A stretch of DNA of 63,275 nucleotides, filler included, from Chiloscyllium plagiosum (lineage: Eukaryota): the NCBI RefSeq assembly GCF_004010195.1. It is 4 parts of one record of this genome, joined end to end, with 100 filler letters (N's around TTAATTAATTAA, not from the genome) between each part and the next. Parts side by side here need not be neighbours in the genome. Positions count along the whole stretch, not along the records: positions 1 to 31,451 come from NC_057713.1; 3 more parts are not named here. One strand, 5' to 3'. Both the position numbers and the translations under genes were made by a program. Numbering within the stretch: the stretch's first letter is position 1; every line of letters starts with the position of its first letter. Shown here piece after piece: positions 1 through 13,351 of this stretch. The notes beneath the pieces are model-generated. The model was not told the DNA's origin. It saw only the letters and a list, made by a program, of their open reading frames with translations, and made no database searches.

Positions 1-392
1 ATGAGGATAGGTTGAGAGTGCTAGGCCTTTTCTCATTGGAACGGCGAAGGATGAGGGGTGACTTGATAGAGGTTTATGGCGGATATGGAAGTTAGAGTAG
101 AGTAGACAGTCAGAGACTTTTTCCCCGGGTACAACAGAGTGTTACAAGAGGACATAAATTTAAGGTGAAGGGTGGAAGGTATAGGGGGGATGTCAGGGGT
201 AGGTTCTTTACCCAGACAGTGGTGGGGCATAGAATGCACTGCCTGTGGGAGAGTCAGAATCATTGGTGACCTTTAAGTGGCAATTGGATAGGTACACGGA
301 TAGGTGCTTAAGCTAGGACAAATGTTTGGCACATCGTGGGCCGAAGGGCCTGTTCTGTACTGTATTGTTCTTTGGTCTATGTTCTATGTTCT
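1..392 (+). mobile_element. CR1-type LINE 3' end
   Basis: Decayed ORF2 C-terminus and 3' UTR gggccgaagggcctgt ending in (tctatgt)n. Confidence 0.8.
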
Positions 393-645
393 AATCATTC
401 AAAACCAGCTCTTCTGGGTGGGACAAATTGCTGACATGACTGACACCACACTTCCAAAGCTATTGTCATACTCAGTGCTAGCAAGAGATTTCCAGGAAAG
501 TAGTGGAAATGGTTTAAGGATATCCACAAAGCATCCTTGAAAGGTTTGAAAATGCTGGGCTGACCTTGGGAGCTCCCAGGAGATGACCAACCAAGATGGA
601 AAAGCCAAAGAGCCTTTTGAGAGACCACTGCAAAGAATTTACAAT
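393..645 (+). mobile_element. RTE-clade LINE RT C-terminal remnant
   Basis: QNQLFWVGQIADMTDTTLPKLLSYSVL...WFKDIHKASLK resembles the RTE motif QLRWAGHV.RM...RLPK.LLY.EL...RFKD.LK.SLK. Confidence 0.6.
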
Positions 646-693
646 GATGAAGTTGAGGATTTAGAGGAGTACACAAACTACCAAACACTGTGA

Positions 694-996
694 GCAGCAC
701 GGTGGCTCAGTGGTTAGCACTGCTGCCTCACAGCACCAGGGTCCTGGGTTCGATTCCCACCTGTCTGTGTGGAGTTTGCACATTTTCCCTGTGTCTGCAT
801 GGGTTTCCTTTGGGTGCTCCGGTTTCCTCCCACAATCCAAAGATGTGCAGGTCAGGTGAATTGGCCATGCTAAATTGCCCGGTGTGTTAGTCGGGTAAAC
901 ATAGGGTAGGGGAATGGGTTTCGGTGGGTTTCTCTTCAGAGGGGCAGTGTGGACTTGTTGGGCCGAAGGGCCTGTTTCCACACTATAGAGAATCTA
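694..996 (+). mobile_element. HE1-type tRNA-derived V-SINE
   Basis: A-box TGGCTCAGTGG, B-box GGTTCGATTCC, core ctgtgtggagtttgcac...ggtttcctcccaca, CR1-like tail. Confidence 0.9.
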
Positions 997-2689
997 ACTG
1001 ACCTATCCAACTTTTCAAATACCATGTATTTGTCCTGTATCTGATGACATTTGCAGATCACGCATTGAACATATCAATCATCTCGGAACTCAGTGAATAG
1101 GAGCAAGTTATCCTCAATCCCAAGGGACTATTTGAGAGGATTATCAAAAATAAACAAGCGTGTAATCCCTGTTGGCCTAACCACCATTACTCCTCAACTA
1201 TAATATGACAGTGGTTAAATGGTTGTTTATCTCCTTTTGAGGGTGTTCACATTCACAGCTTGTTTGATCTGTTACAAAGTTAACTACACTTCAAAACTTA
1301 TTCCATTGCTTCTGAAGCGCCTTGGGAAACCATAACATCCTGAATGTTGATAAGTACATTTGTGCTCTTTATTTTCTTTAGGGATTTAAAAGAAGTTAAA
1401 CATATGTTAAACAGTGGACAACATTATCTCATGTGACCTTAAGCACAAGACAAATTTAATTAATCTATTTCCAGCCATTTTAATGCTATGCTGTCTTGAA
1501 TCATTATAGTTCACAGGGTGCAAGGACATCCACAGTACTGTTAGGAAGAGAGTTCATGTATTTGACCCAACAATTATGAAGAAATGTGAATTAACTTCCT
1601 GTCAGGATGTTGTATGGCTTGGAGAGGAGTGGTGTTCCCATGGACCTGCTGCTGTTGTTCTTCTGGGTAGTGGAAGTTGTGGGTTTGGAAGGTGTTGTCG
1701 ACCTAGCTATAGTGCATCTTGTAGATGGGCCATACTGCCGCCACTGTGCATTGGTGGCAGAGTGAGTGAATGTTATAGTTGTGGCTAGGGTGTGAGTAAA
1801 GCGGGCTGCTTTCTCTGGGATGGTGTCAAGCTTCTTGAGTGTTGCTGGAGCTGGTCAGGATGACCGACGATCTGGTTGTAACCTTGGTGTCAAATGTGAC
1901 CTTGAGATGAGTTTCTGACCTCAATTTCATGCTATCATGTTTCCACTCACATAACATCACCTAACTTGGCCCCAGCTCATCTGTTGCTGAAATCCTTATT
2001 CGTGCCTTTGTTACCATTATTATTGCATTGTGCTCCCACATGCTACCCTCTGTAAACCTGAGGACATCCAAATATCTGCTGCCCATTCCCCTTGTACCCC
2101 TGTGCTCACTGACCTAAATCAGATCCTGATCAATCAATGACTTGCCTTTAAAGTTGTCATCCTTGCTTTTAAATCTCTCCATACTCTCACCTCTCCTTAT
2201 CTTTATAATCTCCAGCCCCAAATCCATTCCTCTAAAACTGGCATTTTGCACATCTCCAATTTTCATTCTGATGGCACCATGTCATAATTTGCTCCCAGAA
2301 TTCTCTTTTTACATCTCTTCACCTCTACCTCACCCTGTCTCATTTCAAACATTCTTTAAAACGTGTTGCTTTGAACACAGATTTGGTCATCTGACATAAT
2401 AGGCTGAGCGTTATGGAAAACTGATTAAGTGTAATTTTTGTTGAGTTTTATTGAGGGTTTCTCTTTGTAAGTTTTCTTGCACAATCATCCCACTTGCCCC
2501 ATCATCCATGCACCTCACTCCTATGTTGCCCTGCTTGACTGACTCTCGTGCTCACTGGAAGCCAAGGTGTTTACCCCTGCTGGGTACTGCTGGGATTTTT
2601 GTCACTTCTTTATGAAGCTGTTATACTCCCAATCAAGCACTGTCTGTCCAGAGCTTCCTGGAACAAGTCATGCTGTTTGCCCCTGACAT

Positions 2690-3320
2690 GTCACTTAAGG
2701 GAAAATTGGCACTGTGCATAAGAGAGGGACCTGAACATCTGAATGAATGGGGTGGTGTAGAGGAGGGTCCTCCTCTTCCCCCAGGAATGGCAGAGAGGTT
2801 CACAATACTCGACCCTACCAGCCTGGTCAAAGGTTGCCACATATATGAGTGTGGCCTCAATCGTCCAGCAGAATGCCTGGTAGGATAGGAAGAAGATCAC
2901 TCCGTCAGAGTAAGCACAACCATCTTCTCTCTGTTTCCTAATAATCACTCTATCTCTGCTAAAGCAACCACTTCTGACCAAGTCCCATCTTCTACTATTC
3001 ACACTTTTGCATACAATATATGCCCTCACTTGATCTCACCCACACTGAACCCCCACAGCATCAATCCTGCATGCCCTCAGCCTGAGGCAGGGCTGGAAAT
3101 TAGTGAGGAGAAATGTGGGGACTGGGGAACTCTGTTCTCGTTGTGGTTGGCCCTCAGCACTGGCTACTCGCTTGGGACACCTCACCATCCTGCCCCTAGC
3201 TGTACCAGCACTAATAGCTATGCCACCCACGTTCATCTCAACGAATTCCTCCCTCTCATTCCAGGAGAAAATTGCCTTTATTAGGGTAGAAAAACTAAGG
3301 CAGTCGATGGGGGTTTCACC
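2690..3320 (+). mobile_element. Decayed Myb/SANT-like accessory gene of a Harbinger transposon (two exons)
   Basis: GKLA...VLLFPQEWQRGSQYSTLPAWSKVATYMSVASIVQQNAW*DRKKI (~2700-2900), then acceptor ctctcattccag|GAG at 3264/3265 giving EKIAFIRVEK. Confidence 0.5.
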
Positions 3321-5429
3321 TTCAGCTTCTCACTCCCTAGGAAGTGAGAGGAAGGGAGGATCTTAGCCCTTGATGATGAGGATTGGACCTGGTCCCGTGG
3401 AGATGCTGAAACCACCATAACTGGCCTCAAGTACAAACATTGCCTGACTCCCCCATTATCTCCACTGTGAATGTACTCTTAAAATGCCTAATCATCTATC
3501 CCTTGTTTGTGACACATTGTATCTTTTGTTGCCTATGTTCATGTGGCATGTGCATGTTCTTGGAAGCTAGCAGGATGGCAATGCAAAACACAGCCTTCTC
3601 TACCCATGAAGAAGAAGCTTCAGATCCCTGAGGATGTACTGGCAAAGCTGCACCCTCCACCAGCTCAGACAGTGATAGCTCATTCGTTATGTTCTGTTCA
3701 TACTTAGTAGATATGGAGACCAGATACCTGCTCAACCTCAGATAGGAGGGGATCCAGTGGTGTGGTGACTTCATTGCCCAGCTCTAACAGACAGTGGAGC
3801 ATCAGGCAGGTCTGTCAGGGGCACTGGGCAACCTAACACAAACGCTTGAGGGGCTGCAGCGACACCACTGGGACCTGCTGCCTCAGGCTTGCGAGTACCT
3901 GATTGCCTCCCTGGACAGGTAGGTGGCTGCCAAAGGAAAGTCAAGTCCAATGCTCTCAGAATCTCTTCACAATGGAGTCATTTGAAACATTTTTGATGGT
4001 GCCAGACTTGCTGAGTTTCTCCAGCATCCTCCCTATTAGTTTGCGTTCCTTGCTTGACCAGTTCAACATCTGAAGTCACAAGGACAGCAGATTTCCTTCC
4101 CCAAAAAAAGATGAGTGAATCTGATGGTTTTTAACAACAATCTGATTGTTAACAGTCGACAGTTTCTTTTTAACATTCCAAATGTATTTAATTAATTGAA
4201 TTTAAAATCTCCCATCTGAAATGGTGGATTGTGAACTCACACATTCCAATCCTTAGTCTGCCTCAGGATCACTAGTTCTTAGAATGAAACCACAATGCAT
4301 CATTCCCCATAACAGATAGAGCTTGTCCTGTACCTTGGGAGCAACTTGGGAACTCAGAATGAAAAGAAAATTTTCCTGCCTTCACTGCAAAAAAAAACTG
4401 TAATTATAGGCAATTGTGTTTGAGTCTGAACATGAATCCATTAGTGGCGTATTCATAATCCTGAGAGAGCTGACATAGAGCTTCGACCAGCTGGCAGTGG
4501 TTGGGAGAGAATTTTTAGAATTGTAGTAACATTTTGGCAAACATCCTGATAGACAGGACGGAGCATGAGCACTAGATTTGCATCTGGGATCACAAGCTAC
4601 TTGTTGTATTTAGTCATCGTTTAAAGCTCATTTATTTCTGTGTTTCAACCGTTGCATTTTCTTGGGTTACAATAAATTCCTGAAGGACAACTGGGAATCT
4701 TTAAGTGCTTTTGTGTTGCTGTTGTGATTTCAGGATAATAGTGATCTACTGGTGACCTGATGGGTATTCTCTCCCCTTATTCCCATTATTAACAGATACC
4801 TCAAATATAATTAGGTTTAACCAGTGATGTAGGTTTGGAACCATATGGTGCTTTGTGGGAAACTTAGTTATCCAATATCAGACAGGGTTGCATCAATCCT
4901 TTGCATTTCTGAAGGACGACTTGCAGAATGGCTCACTTATGGAATATTCATTTCTTGAGGGATTAGAAACCTTTGCATGAAACTCCCAAAAAAACCACCA
5001 AATCAATTTTCTAAAAGAGAAAACAGACTTCGCATTATAAATACACCAGATTTCTTCTTACCCATGCCTTTGGGATTGAGGATGACTTGCTTGCACTCCA
5101 GTTCAATGGGTTCTGACATGGCTGATAGATCTGATGCACAAAGTATAGACTCTGCCACATGTAGGGCGAGTGTTGCTTGATAACTGGAAAATGAGTTTTA
5201 GAGAGGTTTGCAGCCTCCTTTCAATGCCTGAGACGATTGCCTCCTGCTGCCAAAATTCCACCCGTAATGTTCTATAAATCTTATTGTTGCCAACCTTCAC
5301 CAAATTCCTGGGATATGTGACTAACAATAATAAAATTTAGTGACATTCTCCAGCTGGAAGCAGAACAAGCAAATCTATCATGAAAATAGGTCTCTGCTAT
5401 CACAAATTACCAGAGCAGATGGAAATATA

Positions 5430-5737
5430 GAATCAGAAACACAGAATCCCTACAGTGTGGAAGCAGCCATTCTGCCTATCAAGTCTACACTGACCCTCTG
5501 AAGAGCATCCCACCTAAACCTACCCTGTAATCCCGCATTTCCCATGGCTAATACTCCTATCCTGTACATTTGGCCAATTCAACTAACCTGCATGTGTTTG
5601 GATTGTGGGAGGAAACTGGAGCACCCATGCAGACACAGGGAGAATGTGCAAAGTTCACACAATCACCCAAATCTAGAATTGAACCAGGTCCCTGGCGCTG
5701 TGAGGCATCAGTGCTAACCACTGAGCCACAGTGCCAC
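5430..5737 (-). mobile_element. HE1-type SINE
   Basis: Reverse-complement tRNA head (gtgctaaccactgagccac) and core. Confidence 0.88.
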
Positions 5738-7309
5738 ACCACTGAGTCACCATGTGGCTAATGAAATGTGCATAGCAGTGGATGAACGCATAGAGTGCTA
5801 AGATGCAGTTTTCCTGTCCTCCATTGGGTTCATGTTTCTGGTGACATTTGGTGCTACACAAATGGAATATGAAGCCTTTGGGCATTAGTCTGTGTAATTA
5901 TTAATTAGGAGATGGAGAATATTTCGCTTTGTATTTCTAAATGCTAGTTGTGCTGCATACACGATTGTCTTTTCAACAGTAAAATGAATTTCCGATGGCC
6001 TTTAACATCTCTGAATATCAACCACCTTCATAAATTCTCATCCTTGCAGAAATTCACCAAAGATCAGAAGTCAACAGCTTCCAAAGTCATGATTAGTTGT
6101 GACTAGAAGTATAAGGTCAGCAGATATATGGGAATAATACCACTTGCAGGTTCTCCTCTCAGCCACTCATCATGGAAATGTATCACCTGTCCTTTAGCGT
6201 TCCTTGGTCAAAATCCTGGAATTCCCTCCCTAACTGCATTGTGGATCCACATACAGCACATGTAGTGAATTGGTTCAAGAAGGCAGCTCACCACCACCTT
6301 CTCAACTGCAACTAGGGACAGGAAATAGGTTCTGGCCTAATCAGCAATGCTCATATCTCATGAATGAATATTTTTAAAATTATGACCAGAAGGGCAGTAT
6401 TGGTTAACTCAGCCTATTGAAGCTATTCTGTCAGTCAATTAGATTATTGCTAATCTATAATGCTACTCCATTTACTTGTCTTTGCCCCATTTCCCTTCAT
6501 AATCTGGCACAATAAGTATTAATTAATGTCAATCTTGAAAATTTTAATTGATCCAGCATCTAGCTCTCTTCCAAAAGGAGAATTCCAGGCTTCTACCACT
6601 CTTTTGCTTCTGAATAGCTTGGCTGTAAATTTCAGATTACAACACCCTGTTTTAGATTTCTCCACCAGAAGAAATAACTTCTCTATATCAACCCAATTAA
6701 ACCATTTTATCATTTTAAACATCTCATCAAACAATCACACAATCTTCTAAGCTCATAGAAGACAGTTCATGGCATTTGGCCTCATAACTTAGTCCATTTT
6801 ATTGCACCCCCTTCAAAGTACTTTTCCAGAACCAAATGCAGTATGATCTGTGGAGCACTAAAGCATAATTTGCCCTCCATCATATTTCATCTTTCTTGAA
6901 ATAAAGGTTACAGTACTGCTCCTCTTAATCTCCCGATTTACTGCCACTGTTATCCTATGTCCAAGCCATTTATCATTCCCTACCCATTTGCCTCCTTCTT
7001 CACTGAGTTGAAGAGGGGTCTGTCAACCACATGTGACAACAATTATTTGTTGAACTTATCAGTTTGAATGAAATGAAGCCCAAGATGAAATATCATGTCA
7101 GCTTGAGCCTCACCATTGAAGTACAATGATCAGGCTCTGTGTCCTATCCTCATCCGCATGTCCAAAAATAGGTGTGTCCAAATTCCTAGGCTACTAATCT
7201 TAAGACCTTTCAGTTATTTGCTTTTGGTTGGCTCCCATTATAAATTTTGCAGCAAGTTTGGAACTATGAGGTAGATTTATCCTAAAGCCCTATATTACAA
7301 ATCACCTAT

Positions 7310-7925
7310 TATGGAAACAAAAATAAAATTGATGAGTTTCCAGGCATTCTTTGATGAGGTAATAGACAGATAGATAAAGGGGAACCAATAGATATAATGT
7401 ACTTGGAATTCCAAAAGGCATTTGATAAACCACTGCACATAAGGCTTGTTATTAAGGTAAGAACCCATTGTGTTGGGTGCTCTATGTTAACATGATGAGA
7501 GGATTGGCTAACTAATACAAGACAGAGAAATGGGATAAAAGGAGTCATTTTCAGGCTAGTAACCTGTAACTAGTGAAGTGCCACAGGGATTAGTACGGGG
7601 GCCACAATTATTTACAATTTATATTAATTACTTGTACAGCTGAAGTGAATGTACTATCACCAAGTTTGCAGGGAGCGCAAAAATGGCCACATAGACAAGT
7701 GATGAGGATGACGAAGAGTTTGTAGAGGAATATAGACTGGTAACATAAGTGGGTAAAAAATTGGCAGATGTAAGAAAATGAGAGAAAATGTAAGGTAAGA
7801 GGAACAATGGAGTTGAATATCATTTAAAGAAAGATGCAGAAAATTACAACAACGTGGGATTTGGGAGTGTTCCTGCAAAACTGATAAAAAGTCAGTACAT
7901 AAGTTAAACAGGTAATAGGGAAGAC
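7310..7925 (+). mobile_element. Old CR1 RT fragment
   Basis: DIMYLEFQKAFDKPLH and a VPQG-like motif (gtgccacaggga), heavily decayed. Confidence 0.7.
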
Positions 7926-7984
7926 AAATTAAGGCAGATTAAGACAAATTAAGGCAGATTAAGACAAACTAAGGCAGATTAAGA
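7921..7984 (+). repeat. 20-bp tandem repeat x3 (aagacaaattaaggcagatt)
   Basis: Directly visible, one substitution in copy 3. Confidence 0.9.
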
Positions 7985-8029
7985 TTAAAAATGGTGTGAG
8001 TGGATTGTTGACAGATTGAATAGCTTGGC

Positions 8030-8650
8030 AGTACAATTGCCAGACAGGAATGTTCCCTCCCATTGGGGAACACTTCAATGGGTTAAGTACATTCAGCTCC
8101 GAACTTCAGGTAAGTGTTCTCCAAGGTGGCCTTTGAGATGCACAACAATGCAGAATCGCTGAGCAGATACTGATAGCAAAGTTCCATACCCATGGGGACA
8201 GCCTCAACTGTGATCTTGGGTTCATGTTGCACTCCATGTAACCCCACTATACTGTTCTGTATCTGTAAAATCTTCCTTACTGTCCTGGTTTGACACCATT
8301 ACCTTGATAACTTGTTATTATCTCTCTACTTTAGTTTGTAATTACTTGTTTTGGATTACTTGTTACTTTGGTCAGACCTTCAACATGTGACTCTTATATC
8401 TATCGTGTTATTCCAACCATTTAGTTTGGCTCCAGCATCATCTTATTTTTGATTTTTTCTAATTATCTTTTACCTGGAATTATCTTAGAATTATCTCTCC
8501 ACCTATAATCTCTGTGACTGTGTGCTTTTTTCCACTGCATCTGATGAAGGAACAGTGCTCCGAAAGCTTGTGATTTCAAATAAACCTGTTGGACTGATGT
8601 TGTGTGACTTCTGACCTTCTCTGCCCAGTCCACCACCGGTACCTCCACAT
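8030..8650 (+). mobile_element. Penelope-like element (family B) 3' part: GIY-YIG C-terminus + terminal repeat
   Basis: VSVLQGGL*DAQQCRIAEQILIAKFHTHGDSLNCDLGFM, followed by a terminus shared with 13352-13475 and 40236-40362. Confidence 0.75.
8538..8572 (+). ncRNA. Minimal type I hammerhead ribozyme motif (family B)
   Basis: CAT-CTGATGA-A-GGAAC agt GCTCC-GAAA-GCTT-GTG: intact core, stem II with one mismatch, palindromic AGCT in place of stem III, stem I CAU/GUG. Confidence 0.7.
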
Positions 8651-8651
8651 G

Positions 8652-10232
8652 AGGACTTCAAGCAGGCACTACAACTGGCTTTATCATTAGAAATTGTGGC
8701 CAGTTGAGCAAATGAGTTAAAGATATTCTGATGGAAGTGGACACTGTCGCCAGTCTGACTGAGCTTGGCGAATACCACTTGAGTGTAGGCAATTGTATAG
8801 CCTCACTCAGGACATATCCTGAACAGTGGGATCTAGGTCAGCCCACAGTAAAACTCCAAAACAAAGCCAAGCCTTGGCTAAACAGTTAATATTTTCTTCA
8901 GGACCCAGACTGGCAAGCCATTGTAGTTGCCACTGGTATGTGGACTCAAGGCAGCAAAAGAGTCCCACTAGACCTAAATGGAGTAAGAGCATTCATAGTC
9001 CAGTATCCAGAAGAAAGTCAACCTGCATCTGATTTGGAACAGTTAAATTGCTTAGCAACATCCAAATCAGAACCAATCAAAATAAACGTCTGATTAAATG
9101 GTTACCCGGTTCTAATGGAGGTTGATACCGGTGTGCCCTTTCATGGGCTTAATATTCTGAGTCATTGTGGAGCCCACTCAAAATGGCTGGACATACATTA
9201 GAGTTCAGTCACAGGGATGATGATAGAAAAATTGCACGCATCTTTTGCAATGGCCATCATTTGAAAGTCAAATGGTATTCGTTATGATCCAATGGTCTTG
9301 CAGAAAGAGCAGTCCAAACTTTGAAGGAAGGCTCAAGGAAATTAGATACCAAACTATCCCAGTTCCTATTGATTAAAGGACCACCACTCATGCAACTATA
9401 GGAATAGCTCCAGCAGAATTGCTAATGGGGAGGACACTTTGCGCCAGGTTAAATCCGATTTTCCTGGACCTGCGGGAGAAGGGTGTGTAATGGCATCAGG
9501 AATGCTGTGTTGGATACAAGACTCCACTAAGCGATAAAAACAGTTTAATTTTGGGGCAACGTTTGGTGTAGGAACCACAGGAATGGTCCTGCATGGGTAA
9601 GAGGCATGGTCAACATGAGGTAAGGTCCAGTGATGTTTAAAGTTTGGGTAGATGCGACAGTCCTGAACAAGCACGTGGACGAATGAAAGCTGCAAACTCA
9701 CAAAAAGTGTGGGAATAAAATGTGCACAGCTCCACGACAGCCTTTCCGACTGTTCCGGAACCTGTGGGGTTTCCCTCGCCATTGAGGAGAACTCAGAATC
9801 TGAGATGGACACGGTGGATATGGCTGCCCTGATACTTTTACCACCTGAAGAGGAGAATGAATTTCTTCTGACACACTCCAGGCACAAGAGGCATTACGCA
9901 CCATCCGGATCAGAGGCCAAGTTGGAGGAACCTTACCCAGTGCTAAAACCACCCCAGGAACGGCTACAAAATAAAACTGAACCAGAGGGGGAGGAATGTT
10001 GCGACTGTGACAAGGTCAGCTAGATAGACCTCATAGAATATGAGTTCCCTGATCAGGGCTGTTAATCTGGTCCATTTAGGGAGCCCTGGCTGACAGATGT
10101 AAACAGGAGTGTTAGAGGTTCTGTTCATTCTGAGACTTGGCTCTGAGGAAGCCAGATCAGTGTCAAGGACTCTCCGTGTGTAAACAAAGGGGTACTTGGT
10201 GATGGGTTACTGGTCTCTGTGGAGTTATTTCA
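8652..10232 (+). mobile_element. Gypsy/Ty3 LTR retrotransposon remnant (gag end, protease, integrase end, PPT, 3' LTR)
   Basis: Protease VLMEVDTG (~9110-9132). Integrase SNGLAERAVQTLK (~9288-9326) and TTTHATIGIAPAELLMGR. PPT agagggggaggaa 9984-9996. LTR TGTT...TTCA 9997-10232. Confidence 0.8.
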
Positions 10233-11174
10233 ATCATGGATGCTAGTGATCTGAAATCTAAAATAGATTATCACTTTGCTGTTTGTGGAATCTTGATAGC
10301 TGCAAATTAACCACTGCATTTCCACCATTACAGCAGTAAATGCAACCATACCTCACCGGTTGTAAATCTCTTTGGGAATTCCTGAATTTTCAGAGTCTGC
10401 TTCCTTTGATACTGTGTTTCTTACGGGTGAACAGACTGACAATACTCACTGCCAGTATCTGTAAAATGGAGGGTGAGATGTGTTGTTTTGACTCCAGCAG
10501 CTTTTTTTTAAAAAAAAAAGAATTATGGCTTGAAAGGTGCAGAAATTACTCAGTGTGACCGCTGACCATAACTGAATTGTTTGAAGTTGAGTGAAGGTGG
10601 ATCCTGTTTGTCTGCAAGCCTGCTCAGGAAGCCTGAGGTGCTGTTGCAATAACGACAGAGCTGAAAACTGTCCCTCAAACCTCCACGCTGTTTACAATTA
10701 CCAATTCACACCAAACTACTAAATATAAACCACTCCTGCGGGGGCACAAACCACTGAAAGCAGCCTCAGTTATTTTTACTGTCTCTCATTTGCATGATGC
10801 ATGTATTAGAGCTGAATCTTCTACTTCTGCCAATCATCTCAAATACCCTCTCATGCTCCAGGGTTTAAATGATTTGCTCAAAACCTCTGGATTTGAATTT
10901 CCTCTGTTTCTATTCAGTTAGAATGTGAGTGGCACTCTACTCCCCGTACTATTTCAGCATCTGACCCTAGTTCCCTATTTACTAATGGCTAGAGGGGGTT
11001 GGGGGGCGGGGGTTGCATACAGTGGAGGTACCAAGTCTAAAGTGAGCTCCACAGAAACTCTACGAAGTGCTCTGTATTTTAATGGACTGTTGCAAACAAT
11101 TGTCCCATGGAAATGTTGCACTCAGGTATATTTGGAGGAGGAGAGTCAGTTGTGGACCCGCAGGCAATTCTCAT

Positions 11175-11400
11175 GTGGCAACATAATGTTTGAGTCAAAA
11201 GGCTGTGGATGCAAGTCCCATCCACCATAGAATCTAGGCTGAGTTTCATGCAGTTCTGTCGGCTTGCTGGGTTATCAGAGGTACTATCCTTCAAATGAGA
11301 TATTGAACTGAAGGCTCTGTTGACCACCTCAAGTCAGCCATTAATGATCCCATATCACTATTAAAAATAAGCAGAGGAACTTCCCCTAGTATCCCAAATA
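11175..11400 (+). mobile_element. Ancient Deu-domain SINE (SacSINE1/AmnSINE1-like), decayed
   Basis: Resembles the Deu consensus gatgaga..ttaaacc.agg...gatcccatggcactatt...gagcag. Confidence 0.55.
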
Positions 11401-11446
11401 TCCATCACCAATGCCTAAAATTGCAAGCTGTAAAAGCACAATACTA

Positions 11447-12290
11447 GGAGAAAATGAGGACTGCAGATGCTGAAGAGTCAGAGTCGAAAATGGTGGCATT
11501 GGAAAAGCACAGCAGGTCAGGCAGCATCCGAGGAGCAGGAGAGTTGATATTTCAGGCATAAGCCCTTCATCAGGAATGTGGAGGGAGATAGGGAGGGAGA
11601 GTGAGGGGGTGAGTTCAAGAGGTTGGTGCTGAGTTGGAGGGCTGGATCTGGGATGAGGTGGGAGGAGAGGAGATTTGGAAACTAGTGAAGTTGATGTTGA
11701 TGCCTTGTGATTGAAGGGTCCCAAGGCGGAAGGTGAGGCGTTCTTCCTCCAGTTGGCGGGTGGCTTGGATTTGGCGGTGGAGAAGGCCCAGAACTTCCAT
11801 GTCCTTGGTGGAGTGGAAGGGAGAGTTGACGTGGATGTCCACAGGGTGGTGAGGTTGTTTGGTGCGTGCATTCCAGAGATGTTCCCTGAAATGCTCCGCA
11901 AATTGGTGTCCTGTCTCCCCGAAGTAGAGGAGACCACATCGAGAACAACAGACACAGTAGATGAGGTGGGTGGATGTTCAGGAAAATCTCTGTTGGATGT
12001 GGAAAGATCCTTTTGCATCTTAGACGGAGGTGAGGGGGTAGGTGTGGGCGCAGGTTTTATACCTCCTGTGGCAGCAAGGGAAGTTGCCAGGTGTGGAGGG
12101 TGCGTTGGTGGGGGGCGTGGAACTAACAAAGGAATCACGGAGGGAATGGTTTGTGTGAAACGCAGTTCGGGAAGGGGAAGGAAATCTCTCTCTGGTGGTG
12201 GGGTCTGATTGGAGGTGGCAGAAATAGTGGAAGATAATGTGCAATATCCAGAGATTAATGGGATGGAAGGTGAGGACGCTTCTATCCTGG
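11447..12290 (-). mobile_element. Penelope-like element (family A) 3' part with GIY-YIG remnant and decayed hammerhead (11543-11578)
   Basis: HLQSDPTTRERFPSP...FPCCHRRYKTCAHT and LEEERLTFRLGTLQSQGINI in frameshifted ORFs. Terminus ggagaaaatgaggactgcagatgctg. Confidence 0.8.
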
Positions 12291-13351
12291 TTGCAGGATG
12301 TTGGAATCTGAAATCTCTACAAAGCTATTTCATAATTATTGCTATGGGATCTTGTTGTTTGCAAATAGTCTCCACACTTCCAAATATAGTGAATGCAGTT
12401 GGAAAAGTGGACCATTGGCTGTGAAAAGTTTTAGAATAATGTGGAGTGAAAGGCACAGTGTAAATATAAATCTTTCTTCCTTACTTCAAAAGAAGGATCA
12501 AGAGGTCTTTCAACAATGAATGAAGCAGTATGAATGTACATAGTGACAAACATTAAACTGGCAGTGTTGAAAGAAAAAGACTTCTGCAGTTGAGCTAAGA
12601 TTAGCACCTGGTTGATTTTTGGCTCAGCAGTTCTGCTCATTAATGAGCAGTCCAGAAACTTGCTAAAATAGAAACTGGCCAAAGGAAGTCTTCAATTTTC
12701 TTTATGTACCTATCTAGTGGCCCAACCAGAATCAGTTTCTTAAGGAAGGGAGATGAAAATGAAAAAAAAAAATCAATTGCCAACCCCCTTACTTGCAATT
12801 AATAGATAGAAAATCATGCCATCCTGCTCATGATTTCCTGCCTGGTATCACAAATCTGTAACGTTGACCCTTGTGTTTGAAGCCCAGTGAGTGCATATAT
12901 GGCCTACTTAAAAAACAAGTTATTCAATCAGATATGTATTTCAAAACAAGTGTCTGAATTGAATGACCTACATCAGTCTAATCTCTGTTGGAAAATCAGT
13001 AACTGCTGTGTTACATTATCTGTGCTTGTTGTCAGTATGACCCTGTCCTCAGGGAAATTCTAACCAATCGTCTCAAGCAATGGAGAGAATAATTTCTTTG
13101 TACAGTACGTGAAATTTGCATGTGTGTAAACTCAGAACGTGTGAAATTCCTTAGGTAATTCAGTTGATTCCTCCCAGAACTCCTTCTGGAACAAGGCCTA
13201 ATGCTGCAGGAAACAGCATTACCTCAGTATGGCCTCATATTATCATTATTTTTGTTAGGAGTGATGGTTCATCCCAATTTACCCCGGCAAAACAAAAGAC
13301 TGAAATAAAAGTGGTCACTAATTAGGTGATTAGCAGGTACTTCAAATGATA

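Noticed and set aside
694..760. tRNA genes at SINE heads
   Set aside because: A/B boxes continue into the HE1 core and CR1-like tail in every copy.
11386..12138. 250-aa ORF (and the similar 205-aa ORF at 46225-46842) as host genes
   Set aside because: Off-frame readings of Penelope family A 3' regions. The shared LLLLGCCLTCCAFP is translated terminal repeat.
13095..13125. Sox-like CTTTGT and octamer ATTTGCAT as an enhancer
   Set aside because: Spacing is not the composite Sox-Oct element, and such short motifs are expected by chance without conservation data.
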